64,000 bases of DNA from the NCBI GenBank assembly GCA_024638645.1, contig JAHEJX010000003.1, forward strand, positions 1,395 to 65,394, given 5' to 3'. Shown here in pieces: positions 1-9,201 of this stretch (positions within the stretch are counted from its first letter, which is position 1; each line of letters starts with the position of its first letter). Position numbers and translations under genes: made by a program. The DNA comes from Actinomycetes bacterium (GTDB lineage: Bacteria; Actinomycetota; Acidimicrobiia; Spongiisociales; UBA5794). Under the pieces are notes generated by a model that was not told the DNA's origin, did not search any database, and was given only the letters and a program-made list of their open reading frames with translations.

Positions 1-1382
1 AAGAGCAGATCGAGAAGTGGGCAATACCCATGATCGAGCGCCGCTGGGGCGGCACGATGGTCCTCACTGAGCCGGACGCCGGCTCAGACGTTGGCGCAGG
101 CACTACCGCGGCCACACATATCGATGGCGAGACATATCACCTGGAAGGGGTGAAGCGCTTCATCACATCTGGTGAGCAGGACTACCACGAGAACATCATC
201 CACCTCGTGCTGGCACGACGCGAAGGCGGCGAGCCCGGCACCCCGGGCCTCTCGATGTTCATCGTGCCGAAGTACCACGTCAACGAGGACGGCACGCTTG
301 GCGAGCGCAACGGCGCCGTCGTCACCAATATCGAAAAGAAGATGGGCATCAAGGGCTCGACGACATGTGAGCTCACGCTCGGCGCGGACAAGCCGTGTGT
401 CGGGTACTTGGTCGGCGGCGTGCATCAGGGAATCAAGCAGATGTTCAAGGTCATCGAAGACGCTCGCATGCTGATCGGCGCCAAATCCGCCGCGACACTT
501 TCGACCGGCTACCTCAATGCACTCGACTTCGCCAAGACCCGAGTGCAGAGCGCAGACCTCACCGAGATGCTCGACAAGTCGGCGCCGCGGGTCGAGATAA
601 TCAACCACCCGAACGTCCGTCGCATGCTGCTCACACAGAAGGCGCACGCCGAAGGGATGCGGGCACTGCTGTTCTACACCGCTTGGGGCATCGATCAGAT
701 GCAGCTCCATCCTGAAGACAAGCAGTGGAAGAAGCTCGTCGACCTGCTGCTGCCGATGCTCAAGGGCTATTCCTCGGAGAAGTCCTACGAGTTGCTCGGC
801 CAGGCGTTGCAGGTGTTCGGCGGGTCCGGCTTCCTGCAGGACTACCCGATGGAACAGTACATCCGCGATATCAAGATCGACTCGCTATACGAGGGCACGA
901 CCGGGATCCAGTCGCTCGACCTGTTCTTTCGGAAGATCGCCCGCGACCAGGGCGCCACGCTGGGCGCTCTGTCGGAGCAGATTCTCGAGTTGGTAAAGGG
1001 CGGACCCGACGAGCTCGCAGAAGAGCGTCGCATGCTCGGTGTCGCGATGGAGGACGCGCAGGCTCACATCGGTGTGCTGGTCGGCCACCTCATGAAGTCG
1101 ATGGGCGGTGAGAAGGAGGCGATCTACAAGACGGGTCTCCACACGAATGCCCTTCTGGAGAGCCTCAGCGAGATTGTCATTGGCTGGCTGCTGCTTCGTC
1201 ACGCAGAGATCGCGCTGGCGGCGGCTCCCGATGCGGAAGGCGATGATGTGACCTTCTATGAAGGCAAGATCGCCTCGGCCCGCTTCTTCGCTCGCCACGC
1301 CCTGCCCAAGGCACGGCTCCGTCGTGAAGCTGCCGAGCAAGAAGACGGCGCGATCATGGAGATGTCGGACGACGCCTTCTAA
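1..1382 (+). CDS. acyl-CoA dehydrogenase (large FadE-like), 5' end outside window
   Basis: The frame is open from base 3 (EQIEKWAIP precedes the listed Met at 30). TEPDAGSD, GVKRFITSGE and YEGTTGIQ motifs are typical of acyl-CoA dehydrogenases. Confidence 0.85.
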   Translation, partial: EQIEKWAIPMIERRWGGTMVLTEPDAGSDVGAGTTAATHIDGETYHLEGVKRFITSGEQDYHENIIHLVLARREGGEPGTPGLSMFIVPKYHVNEDGTLGERNGAVVTNIEKKMGIKGSTTCELTLGADKPCVGYLVGGVHQGIKQMFKVIEDARMLIGAKSAATLSTGYLNALDFAKTRVQSADLTEMLDKSAPRVEIINHPNVRRMLLTQKAHAEGMRALLFYTAWGIDQMQLHPEDKQWKKLVDLLLPMLKGYSSEKSYELLGQALQVFGGSGFLQDYPMEQYIRDIKIDSLYEGTTGIQSLDLFFRKIARDQGATLGALSEQILELVKGGPDELAEERRMLGVAMEDAQAHIGVLVGHLMKSMGGEKEAIYKTGLHTNALLESLSEIVIGWLLLRHAEIALAAAPDAEGDDVTFYEGKIASARFFARHALPKARLRREAAEQEDGAIMEMSDDAF

Positions 1383-1429
1383 AGGAGGCGCACCGCGATG
1401 GGCGAGCCGCACTAGTTACGCTCTCAGTC

Positions 1430-1855
1430 ATGGCATCTGTATTCACTCTGATCATCAACGGAGAACTACCGGGCCGCTTCGTGTGGAAGGACGAGCGGTG
1501 CGTTGCTTTCCTCACCATCAATCCGCTCACGCCGGGCCACACCCTTGTCGTGCCGCGCGAGGAGGTTGACGAATGGACAGACGCCGATCCCGAGCTCTGG
1601 ATACACCTGTCAGGGGTTGCTCAAACGATCGGTCGTGCGATCAAGGAAGTATTCGGAACTAGTCGCGTTGGCGTGGTCGTCGCCGGCTACGAGGTGCCGC
1701 ACACCCATATCCACGTCTTTGGCGCAGACAACATGGCGCAATTCGACTTCGCTAGTGCCGATCCGAGCCCCGACCCGGCCGAGCTCGACAGCGCGGCAGC
1801 GAATCTTCGGGCTGCCCTTCATGCCCTCGGCCATACGGAGCAGGTTGCCTCATAG
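1430..1855 (+). CDS. HIT (histidine triad) family protein
   Basis: 141 aa with the canonical HxHxHxx motif (VPHTHIHVFG) and PGHTLVVPR upstream of it. Confidence 0.85.
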   Translation: MASVFTLIINGELPGRFVWKDERCVAFLTINPLTPGHTLVVPREEVDEWTDADPELWIHLSGVAQTIGRAIKEVFGTSRVGVVVAGYEVPHTHIHVFGADNMAQFDFASADPSPDPAELDSAAANLRAALHALGHTEQVAS

Positions 1856-1894
1856 GAGAGCCGCCCAGGCTTCGGCACGACGGTCCGGCGTTTG

Positions 1895-2200
1895 CTACAG
1901 AAGCCCGACCGTGTAGTGGTTAGCGATTGTTGATCCGGCCAAGGCACCTCGGTCGAGCGCAACCTCGTCTATCACTCCGGCGAAGAACCAATCGTCTCCA
2001 CCGGCTTTGCCGCCGTCGTGGAACCGGGCTGAGTCATTGTTGGCGCCGATCGCGGCATCGCCGCCGTGGCTGGCAATTCGCCCGAGCCCGGTGGCGCGTG
2101 CGCGCGCCTGCGGAAAGCCGCCGACAGGAACCACCACCGTTGCAAGCTCCGTGCCCAGCGAACTCGGTTGCCCTCTTCGATTCTGTACGGCATTGCAGCG
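1895..2200 (-). pseudogene. orphan fragment resembling the C-terminal third of a LamG domain
   Basis: The translation GLGRIASHGGDAAIGANNDSARFHDGG..FFAGVIDEVALDRGALAGSTIANHY aligns with the last LamG domain of the adjacent gene (GVGAIFDHVGAIGVGARNGAVRYHDTA..YLEGVIDEIAIYNTALTPAQVQAHY). There is no N-terminal part and no signal peptide. Confidence 0.4.
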
Positions 2201-2234
2201 TCAACTCACACGCAATACGGAGTTTGCTGCGCTG

Positions 2235-5200
2235 TCAGTCCTGAGCCGCGCTGTAGTGCGCCTGTACCTGAGCGGGTGTCAGAGCGGTGTTGTAGATCGC
2301 AATTTCGTCGATAACGCCTTCGAGGTATGCGCCGGTTCCGTTTGAGGCAGCGGTGTCGTGGTAGCGCACGGCTCCGTTTCGTGCCCCGACGCCGATCGCC
2401 CCGACGTGGTCGAAGATCGCTCCGACGCCGGCCTTGGTACGAACCCTGACGCCGTTCATGAAGAGGCGCAGCTTGCCGTTCGCCGGATCGACCGTGACGA
2501 CGACGTGGTACGTGACATTGGCATCGAAGGCCTTGGTCGCGAAAACATCGTCTGCCCAAGCCGACGCCCCATTGCGGTTCCATGCGCCTGCCCACAGGTT
2601 GCCGCCCTTGAGGTAGACGGAGATGCCTCGCGCCCTGCCCCCTTCTTCCCAAAGCACGTGGCGGCCGGTTTCGTCGGGCGCCTTGAACCACAACTCGATG
2701 CTCCGTGCCGGATATGAGCTGCCGGTGTTGATGTCGACGTGGTTCTTGACTGTGATGATGTCATCGGCGCCGTCGAACGTTGCAGACTTACCGCCCTCTC
2801 CAATGAGCGGCTGAGTGCGGGTGGTCGTCCCGTTATAGCGGGCCTTGTGCATGCCATCTACAGAATCCTTGGCAAAAGCACCACCGTCGTTCAGCTTCCA
2901 GTACGCCACGGCCCCGTCGTTGAGCACCACTGTTGCGTAGTGGGCTTTGACTTCGACGCCGACTGTGGCCGTAGTCGTGTTACCCGTCGACTCGGTGGCT
3001 CGTACTTGGACTGTGATCGGCCCAGGATCGGTCTGCGTCGTGTCCCAGACGTATTCGTAGCGGCGGGCCGCTGCGTTGTACGTGGTGTTCATCCATGAGC
3101 CGCCGACCTTGACATCGACGTCGAGAGTGCCGGGATCATCGATCGCGCTTGTGGCGTTGACCTTTACCTTGACCGTCTTGGTGACGTCGCCGGAAGCAGG
3201 CTTGGCAATGCCCACAATCGGCTTGGCAGGCTCTGGTGCAGGAGGCGGCTGCGGAGTGGCGCTTGCCAGCGCCTGGGCTTCGTCATCGGTGAAGCCATGT
3301 TCGTAGATCCGAAAGTCATCGAAGATTGCGGCTGTGCCGTTGAACCAAGGTGTATCGCCTAGGTAGATGTCGCCGTCGTTGGCGATGGTGTCGCCAATCA
3401 GCGTCACCGAGTCGTCGAGCTCTCCGTTGAAGTACAGGGACAGCTTGTTGCCCCGCTTGACGTAAGCGATATGGGTCCATTGATCGACCGGCACTTGGCT
3501 GGTGCTGTCGGCGCCGACGTTCGAACTTTGGTCCGTCGAGATGCGGTAGTGAATGCGGTTGTCGAACGGACGCATCCACATCGCGAACGTGCGCTGGGAA
3601 CTGTTGTTGCCCTTTTGAGTGATTGAGCGCCAAGAATTGGTGAAACTGGATTGCAGGTTCATCCAAAATGACACCGTGAAGTCGTCGTCGTTGGCGCCGG
3701 GACGAAGGGCAGGGTTATCGGCGATTTGAACTTCATCTTTCGACGTGCCGTCGAATCCCAGTGCCTGGCCGTGGATGCCGGTGACGGTGTCTGTCCCCGT
3801 CACCACCCCGTTGAAGCCATTGCCGGACGCGTCGGCCGCGTCACCATCGAGCGGGTAGTACGCCCAGAGCGCGTCGGGAAAACTGGGCGAGGCGAGATCA
3901 GAAACCTGACCGGCCGACAGCGCCCCGCCGTGCACCTTGACATCATCGACGCGGGCAACGTCGCCCGTAAATGTCATCGCCCCCGAGCCCGACGAAGTGG
4001 AGCCGTTGAGCGCCCTGGACTTGTCCAGTACCCCATTCAGGTAGATCTTCATCGATCCGCCGTCACGAACGACGGCAACGTGGGTCCACTGCCCGACCGA
4101 CAACGAAGCATTTGAGAGTGCAGTCCGATCGCCACTTGAAGTCGCGATGGTTGCGATGACTTGGTTCGTGTCGGCGGCTGTTCCGAAGAAGGCAACGCCG
4201 TCCGCGGCGACGTTGGTTCGAACGGTCCCGGTCGGCCCGCTCTCGAGGCGCAGCCAGGTGCTTATGGTGAAATCACCGTTTTGGGCGCCGATTTGGAGGT
4301 TGCTGTTGGCAGCGATGCTGACCGCGTCACCGCCGGCAAGCTCCTGGGCATCGATCACGCGGCCCGGCGTGTTCTTCGTCCCGCTTGCGGTCCCATGGTT
4401 GCCGTTGCCCGACATATCGAGTGCCCCGCCGTCGAGCGGCCAGTGTCCGAGCACCGGCGGAACTACACCACCGGCTGCGATTGGATCGGAATAGTGCGAG
4501 CGGTTGCCCCAGGGGTCTACAGCCTGGATCGCGAGCGGGCCACCGGCAGGCAACTCAATCTCCGTGCGCCTGGTACGGGCTTCCTCGACGCCGTTTCGAT
4601 AGACGATGTAGGTAGCGACGTAGGTGTCGTCGTTGGAAGCATTCCACGACAACGTGATCTCGCTGCCGCTGCCTGTGGTGGACGGATTGAGCGGGCGCGT
4701 TGGTCTGTTTGCCTCGCTGATGTCCGGCGGCTCTTGGAGTGGCGGCCCGACAGGGGGGCCCTGCCCGGCGTCGTCGCACCAACGTACGATGCCGTTGCGC
4801 CATGCGTCGCCGACGGAGCGACGGTTCAAGTCTCCCCCAACCCAGAGGCAGCCGTCACCGCCACCGTTGACGGCCCAGCCGCCGATCTGCCCGAAGATGT
4901 CGGGAAGGAAGTTGGAGTTCCAATCGCCCGTTGTGCGGTCGAAACCGATGATCCCTTGCACTTCTCCCGAAATCGGAATCGTCTGTGCCTCAGTCAGCGT
5001 CTCGACCCAATTGGGCAACTCACGAATCACGCCCCAGCAGTGGCAGGTGGCGTAGATCTCGTCGTCGAGTATGCCGATGGCCTGGAAGTCGCCGCCGATG
5101 TGCCAGCCCGGCTCGAACCCAGTGAACCAGCGACGGTCCATTGATAGATCGGCGGCGTTCAGCTTGTGAACCACGTGTTGCGTGCCGACGACCCAAACGT

Positions 5201-6092
5201 TGTCTTCGTCCACCAGCACTTCGAACTGATGCGGCTGGGTCGGTGTCAGGATCGGGAATCGCTCGAGGTTGGTATACGGCTGGCCGGTGACGTCGCTGAC
5301 GGCTACGAAGTTGTCGGTTTCGGCGATGTTGTCAATCGACTGGAAGAAGCCGGCCAGATAGACACGATTGCGCGACTCATCCACGTCCATGCCCCACACG
5401 GAGCCGTCAAGCACCTTCGGTTTCCAGCCGGGGTCGGGTGTGCCGTTCGACGAGAGCCGTGCGGTCTTGTTGACACGGAGCCTGGAGTCGAGGTCGGGTC
5501 CGGTCACGAAGTTGAAGGATCCCCCGATGTAGACCCAGCTCGCAGTGGCCCGAATCGTCCGAACGACACCAGGAGTCGGGGAGCTGTTAGAGCCTTCGAT
5601 CTGGGCGGTGAAGGTCGTGTCGACACGAGCCGTTGTCGGATCGAGGGCAACGAGGCCCTGGGTGTCTCCGATGCCTTCGACATCGGTGAACTCGCCGCCG
5701 ACGTAGAGGCGCGACCCGTCTGGGGACGCTTCGAGAGCGAACACGGGCCCGTTGAGATCAGGCCGCCACCAGTCGATCCAGTCGCCGGTGGTTGCATCGA
5801 ACGCGGCGAGGAATCGCTGGTCGTGGTGAGGCTCATTGCGCTTGCGCACGACCTCGAGGAACTGGCCGCCTACGTAGATCGTGTTCCCGATCTGCTCAAT
5901 GGCCATAACCTCGGCCGGGGTGCTTGTCGTGAGTGAGTCATACAACCCGACAACGCCCCAGGTCTGATCAGGGAGCGCCGTCAGCTCGGCCGCAGCGGTT
6001 CCGGGCACAGCGGCGAGCAGTGTTGCTGCCAACGCAAACACGACAAGCCCACGCCGCGTTTTGCTCATCGATTCCGCAACGCCCGTCGGCAT
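2235..6092 (-). CDS. large secreted multidomain protein (beta-propeller repeats, FN3, Ig-like, four LamG/concanavalin-like domains)
   Basis: 1285 aa ORF with a Sec-type signal peptide (MSKTRRGLVVFALAATLLAAVPGTAAA; alternative start at 6068). It has repeated GGxF..V...L..LD..TG propeller-like units and an FN3-like segment (ITLSWNASNDD..YIVYRNG). The LamG signature recurs four times (W.H.A.V..G....LY.NG ... DD.RIY...L). Confidence 0.8.
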   Translation of the reverse strand: MPTGVAESMSKTRRGLVVFALAATLLAAVPGTAAAELTALPDQTWGVVGLYDSLTTSTPAEVMAIEQIGNTIYVGGQFLEVVRKRNEPHHDQRFLAAFDATTGDWIDWWRPDLNGPVFALEASPDGSRLYVGGEFTDVEGIGDTQGLVALDPTTARVDTTFTAQIEGSNSSPTPGVVRTIRATASWVYIGGSFNFVTGPDLDSRLRVNKTARLSSNGTPDPGWKPKVLDGSVWGMDVDESRNRVYLAGFFQSIDNIAETDNFVAVSDVTGQPYTNLERFPILTPTQPHQFEVLVDEDNVWVVGTQHVVHKLNAADLSMDRRWFTGFEPGWHIGGDFQAIGILDDEIYATCHCWGVIRELPNWVETLTEAQTIPISGEVQGIIGFDRTTGDWNSNFLPDIFGQIGGWAVNGGGDGCLWVGGDLNRRSVGDAWRNGIVRWCDDAGQGPPVGPPLQEPPDISEANRPTRPLNPSTTGSGSEITLSWNASNDDTYVATYIVYRNGVEEARTRRTEIELPAGGPLAIQAVDPWGNRSHYSDPIAAGGVVPPVLGHWPLDGGALDMSGNGNHGTASGTKNTPGRVIDAQELAGGDAVSIAANSNLQIGAQNGDFTISTWLRLESGPTGTVRTNVAADGVAFFGTAADTNQVIATIATSSGDRTALSNASLSVGQWTHVAVVRDGGSMKIYLNGVLDKSRALNGSTSSGSGAMTFTGDVARVDDVKVHGGALSAGQVSDLASPSFPDALWAYYPLDGDAADASGNGFNGVVTGTDTVTGIHGQALGFDGTSKDEVQIADNPALRPGANDDDFTVSFWMNLQSSFTNSWRSITQKGNNSSQRTFAMWMRPFDNRIHYRISTDQSSNVGADSTSQVPVDQWTHIAYVKRGNKLSLYFNGELDDSVTLIGDTIANDGDIYLGDTPWFNGTAAIFDDFRIYEHGFTDDEAQALASATPQPPPAPEPAKPIVGIAKPASGDVTKTVKVKVNATSAIDDPGTLDVDVKVGGSWMNTTYNAAARRYEYVWDTTQTDPGPITVQVRATESTGNTTTATVGVEVKAHYATVVLNDGAVAYWKLNDGGAFAKDSVDGMHKARYNGTTTRTQPLIGEGGKSATFDGADDIITVKNHVDINTGSSYPARSIELWFKAPDETGRHVLWEEGGRARGISVYLKGGNLWAGAWNRNGASAWADDVFATKAFDANVTYHVVVTVDPANGKLRLFMNGVRVRTKAGVGAIFDHVGAIGVGARNGAVRYHDTAASNGTGAYLEGVIDEIAIYNTALTPAQVQAHYSAAQD

Positions 6093-6222
6093 GCCTTCCC
6101 CATTTCGCCCAAAGACGAACCAGCCGTAGCCTGCCCGGCCACCCCGGCCGGGTTTACTGGTGAGACCCTATTTCCTCACGAATCTGTCAAAGCAGACAGA
6201 CACAATCGCCGTTCATGCCGAT

Positions 6223-6242
6223 GGACTAGTTACGACTAGTCC
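6223..6242. promoter_or_regulatory. perfect 8-4-8 palindrome GGACTAGT-TACG-ACTAGTCC in a divergent promoter region (operator candidate)
   Basis: Read directly. It sits in a locally AT-rich intergenic stretch between the LamG gene (-) and the nitroreductase gene (+), 35 nt upstream of the 6277 start. Confidence 0.35.
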
Positions 6243-6276
6243 GCAATTGGTTAGCCCACCGCAGTAGCCTCGCCGC

Positions 6277-6795
6277 ATGAACGCTAGCCCCGCCCCAGAG
6301 ATGTATGACCGGATTCTGAGATTGCGCGCATTGCGCAATTATGCCGATCATCCTGTTGACTCGCAGGATCTTTCCCAACTCATCGAGGCTGCCCGGTGGA
6401 CCGGCAGCTCAAAAAACCGCCAGAACTGGTCCTTCATAGTTGTGGACGATCCCGAGCAGAAGGAAGCCCTCGCGGCCGCCGGTGATTTCACCGATCCGAT
6501 GCGAAACGCGCCGATGGCCATTGCATTGGTTCAAGAGCCTGAAGGATATGAATTCGACACGGGCCGGCTTGCGCAGAACATCATGCTGGCTGCCGACGCC
6601 CTTGGTTTAGCCACTTGCCCGATCACGCTTCATCGCGATGAGGTCGCATCGGAAGTGTTGGCACTGCCGGAAGGTCGGCGCTGCCGCTACGCAGTCACGG
6701 TCGGCTATCCGGCAGAGTCCGCCGCCCCGGGAAAGATGGGCGGCCGCAAGCCGGTCGCAGAGCTGCTTTATCGCAACCGTTACGGCGCAACCTGA
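6277..6795 (+). CDS. nitroreductase family protein
   Basis: 172 aa. The pattern RALRNY....V....L..LIEAARWTGSSKNRQNWSFIVV is typical of the NADH oxidase/flavin nitroreductase fold. Confidence 0.8.
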   Translation: MNASPAPEMYDRILRLRALRNYADHPVDSQDLSQLIEAARWTGSSKNRQNWSFIVVDDPEQKEALAAAGDFTDPMRNAPMAIALVQEPEGYEFDTGRLAQNIMLAADALGLATCPITLHRDEVASEVLALPEGRRCRYAVTVGYPAESAAPGKMGGRKPVAELLYRNRYGAT

Positions 6796-7104
6796 CATAG
6801 TTGGTCCCATGGTTTGGCGAATGTTCGATCGGTTGGAGCCAAGGCTGCGGCGGGACCGTACATGGGCCGCGTGCAACGCGGCGAGCCGCCTCGAGTTGAA
6901 CGGGGTGGTGGGCGATTCCAGGTGAGTCAAAACCGTCGTCGACAAAGCGCAGGATCTGTTCAGATTCACCGCGGCGGGCAACAAAGACATGCCGGCCGGC
7001 GGGTGGCCTATGCGCGGTGGCCGCGAGGAACCGGATCGCTCATCAGGGCCACGGCCTCCGGGCCTGATGGCAGCCTCGAAACTGTTGAGTTCTGAACGCT
7101 GGGG

Positions 7105-7650
7105 CTAGCCGGGATCGAGCGCCGGCAGTCCGTCGATGCTTTTCGAGTTCTTCTCGGCCCAATACTTCAGCAAATCGTCATCATCACGGTTGTCAGCCCA
7201 ATCGCGTAACTTGCTGCGCTGCTCCACGTAGTCATAGCGGGGCACCGCGTAGCCACACGAGTCGGCGACTCTGTCCACCTTGATGCGGATCACCGACCGA
7301 GCACCGTGTTGGTCGCCGAAGGGTGCGGCGGCCGCGGCAAAACCGTCGTCTGTTGCTGCGATGTATGTGCCCTGTCCGTAGAGCCGCACGATGCGCGGCG
7401 GTCCCTCGAAGGCGCAGAACATCATGGTCACCCGGCCGTTGTCACGCAGATGAGCAATGGTTTCGGCGCCGCTCCCTGTCAGATCGAGATACTCGACGGT
7501 GTTGGGGCCGGAAATGCGCAATGTGTCGAGTCCCTTTGGTGACACGTTGATGTGTCCGCCGTCCGCCGGGGCAGTGGCGACGAAAAACATCTGCTGCTCG
7601 GTGATCCAGTTGGCGACGGCTTCGGTTATTTTGTCGTAGCTGCGTCCCAT
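7105..7650 (-). CDS. pyridoxamine 5'-phosphate oxidase family (FMN-binding split barrel) protein
   Basis: 181 aa. Shows QQMFFVATAP..GHINVSPKG ... RVTMMFCAFEGPPRIVRLYG, typical of PNPOx-like proteins. Confidence 0.75.
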   Translation of the reverse strand: MGRSYDKITEAVANWITEQQMFFVATAPADGGHINVSPKGLDTLRISGPNTVEYLDLTGSGAETIAHLRDNGRVTMMFCAFEGPPRIVRLYGQGTYIAATDDGFAAAAAPFGDQHGARSVIRIKVDRVADSCGYAVPRYDYVEQRSKLRDWADNRDDDDLLKYWAEKNSKSIDGLPALDPG

Positions 7651-7739
7651 AGCGTCGACGGTACTACGGCCGGAATCCTCTACCTACCCGGTGCCGATAG
7701 GCGGACGATCATGACAGGGCCAGAGATAGTGAAGGTGCA

Positions 7740-9146
7740 ATGAAGGTAGCCAGAGTCGTCGCCTTTGTCCTTGCCGTTGTGGTCGCGCTCGCGGCAATTG
7801 GGCTTCTCGTAGGCGGCGCCGCCCTGACTTGGGCGCATACAACGCAGCGCGATGCGGATGGGTTCCTGTCGAGCCCCTCCTACGAATTGGAGTCGGAGGC
7901 ATACGCAATTGTCTCGGAGGACATCGACTTGGCTTCGCGGCCTGGTGACTGGTGGCCGGGGCATATAGCGGATGTCAGGATCACAGCGAGCTCGTCGGCT
8001 GAGCTGTTTGTCGGGATTGGCCCGACGGCAGATGTCGACGTTTACCTGACCGGGGTGGGCCATGACCTTGTGACAGATCTGGGCGTTTCCGCATCCGACG
8101 TTGCATACCGATCTGTTGCAGGCTCCGCTCCAACCGAACTGCCGGTCGACCAGGACTTCTGGGTGGCGACGAGCTCAGCGGGGGAGGCGTTGACTTGGGA
8201 CCTTGCCCAAGGTGAGTGGACCGTCGTGCTGATGAACTCTGACGGATCTGTCGGAGTCGGGACTGTGGCCGTCGTCGGCGTCAATATCGGAGGCGTGCTG
8301 CTGGCCGTCGGTATCGGCCTGATGGTTGGCGGCCTCTTCGTAGGTGCGCTGGCCGCCGCAGTGATGATCTGGGCCAGCCATCGTCGGAGCGATGAAGAAG
8401 AGTACGCGGCGGTTTCGCCGCTTCCCGTCGGTGTATATCCGGCGCGTCTCGAGGGGGACCTCGATCCGAACCTGAGCAGAGGCCTGTGGTTGGTGAAGTG
8501 GTTCCTGGCGATACCGCACTTCATAGTGCTCGCGTTCCTATGGGTGGCCTTTGTTTTCGTGACGGTCTATGCGTTCTTCGCGATCGCCTTCACCGGGCGC
8601 TACCCACGCGGCGCCTTCGTCTTCAACGTCGGAGTGCTGCGCTGGACGTGGCGTGTCAGCTTCTATGCCACAAGCGCAATTGGCACCGATCAATACCCGC
8701 CCTTCACGCTTGCTGATGTCGATTACCCGGCACGGTTCGCAGTGGAGTATCCGGAAACCCTTTCGCGGGGTCTCGCTCTCGTGAAATGGTGGCTGCTGGC
8801 GATCCCGCACTACCTGATCATCGGTGTATTCACGACCGGCCTGATCTGGTGGACCACCGAGTTGGACGGCAGCACCGCCGCCCAGGTCGGCGGCGGGCTC
8901 ATAGGTTTGCTCGTCATCGTGGCGGGTGTCGCATTGCTCTTTACAGGCCGCTATCCGCAGGGGCTCTATGACCTGATCATGGGCCTCAATCGTTGGGTCT
9001 ATCGGGTGGCGGCATACGCCTCGCTGATGACCGATGAGTATCCGCCATTCCGGCTGGATACAGGAGGTAGTGAGCCCAAACCGGTGATGCCTCCGCCACC
9101 GGATCCAAAGGATGCTCCCGACAGGGAGCCGATGCTGACCGGCTGA
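7740..9146 (+). CDS. membrane protein with two DUF4389-like modules
   Basis: It has an N-terminal TM anchor plus an extracytoplasmic region. A module is then duplicated internally (LSRGLWLVKWFLAIPHFIVL...FTGRYPRG...YPPFTL and LSRGLALVKWWLLAIPHYLI...FTGRYPQG...YPPFRL), which I recognise as DUF4389-type. Confidence 0.7.
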   Translation: MKVARVVAFVLAVVVALAAIGLLVGGAALTWAHTTQRDADGFLSSPSYELESEAYAIVSEDIDLASRPGDWWPGHIADVRITASSSAELFVGIGPTADVDVYLTGVGHDLVTDLGVSASDVAYRSVAGSAPTELPVDQDFWVATSSAGEALTWDLAQGEWTVVLMNSDGSVGVGTVAVVGVNIGGVLLAVGIGLMVGGLFVGALAAAVMIWASHRRSDEEEYAAVSPLPVGVYPARLEGDLDPNLSRGLWLVKWFLAIPHFIVLAFLWVAFVFVTVYAFFAIAFTGRYPRGAFVFNVGVLRWTWRVSFYATSAIGTDQYPPFTLADVDYPARFAVEYPETLSRGLALVKWWLLAIPHYLIIGVFTTGLIWWTTELDGSTAAQVGGGLIGLLVIVAGVALLFTGRYPQGLYDLIMGLNRWVYRVAAYASLMTDEYPPFRLDTGGSEPKPVMPPPPDPKDAPDREPMLTG

Positions 9147-9152
9147 CGACAT

Positions 9153-9180
9153 GAAGGCGGGCGCTGCGGCGCCCGCCTTC
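9153..9180 (+). terminator. 12-bp perfect GC-rich hairpin (GAAGGCGGGCGC-TGCG-GCGCCCGCCTTC) after the DUF4389 gene
   Basis: Read directly, 7 nt after the stop codon. There is no U-tract, as in the tract-less terminators common in high-GC Gram-positives. Confidence 0.5.
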
Positions 9181-9201
9181 GACATCGCTTAGCCTCGATG
9201 C

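Noticed and set aside
6796-7104. Possible small genes (93-aa Arg-rich plus-strand ORF 6814-7095, 127-aa minus-strand ORF) in the convergent gap
   Set aside because: Both have Arg/Gly/Ser-rich composition typical of out-of-frame GC-rich DNA, with no SD and no recognisable motif. The gap does contain an imperfect hairpin (about 7037-7070) that may serve as a bidirectional terminator.
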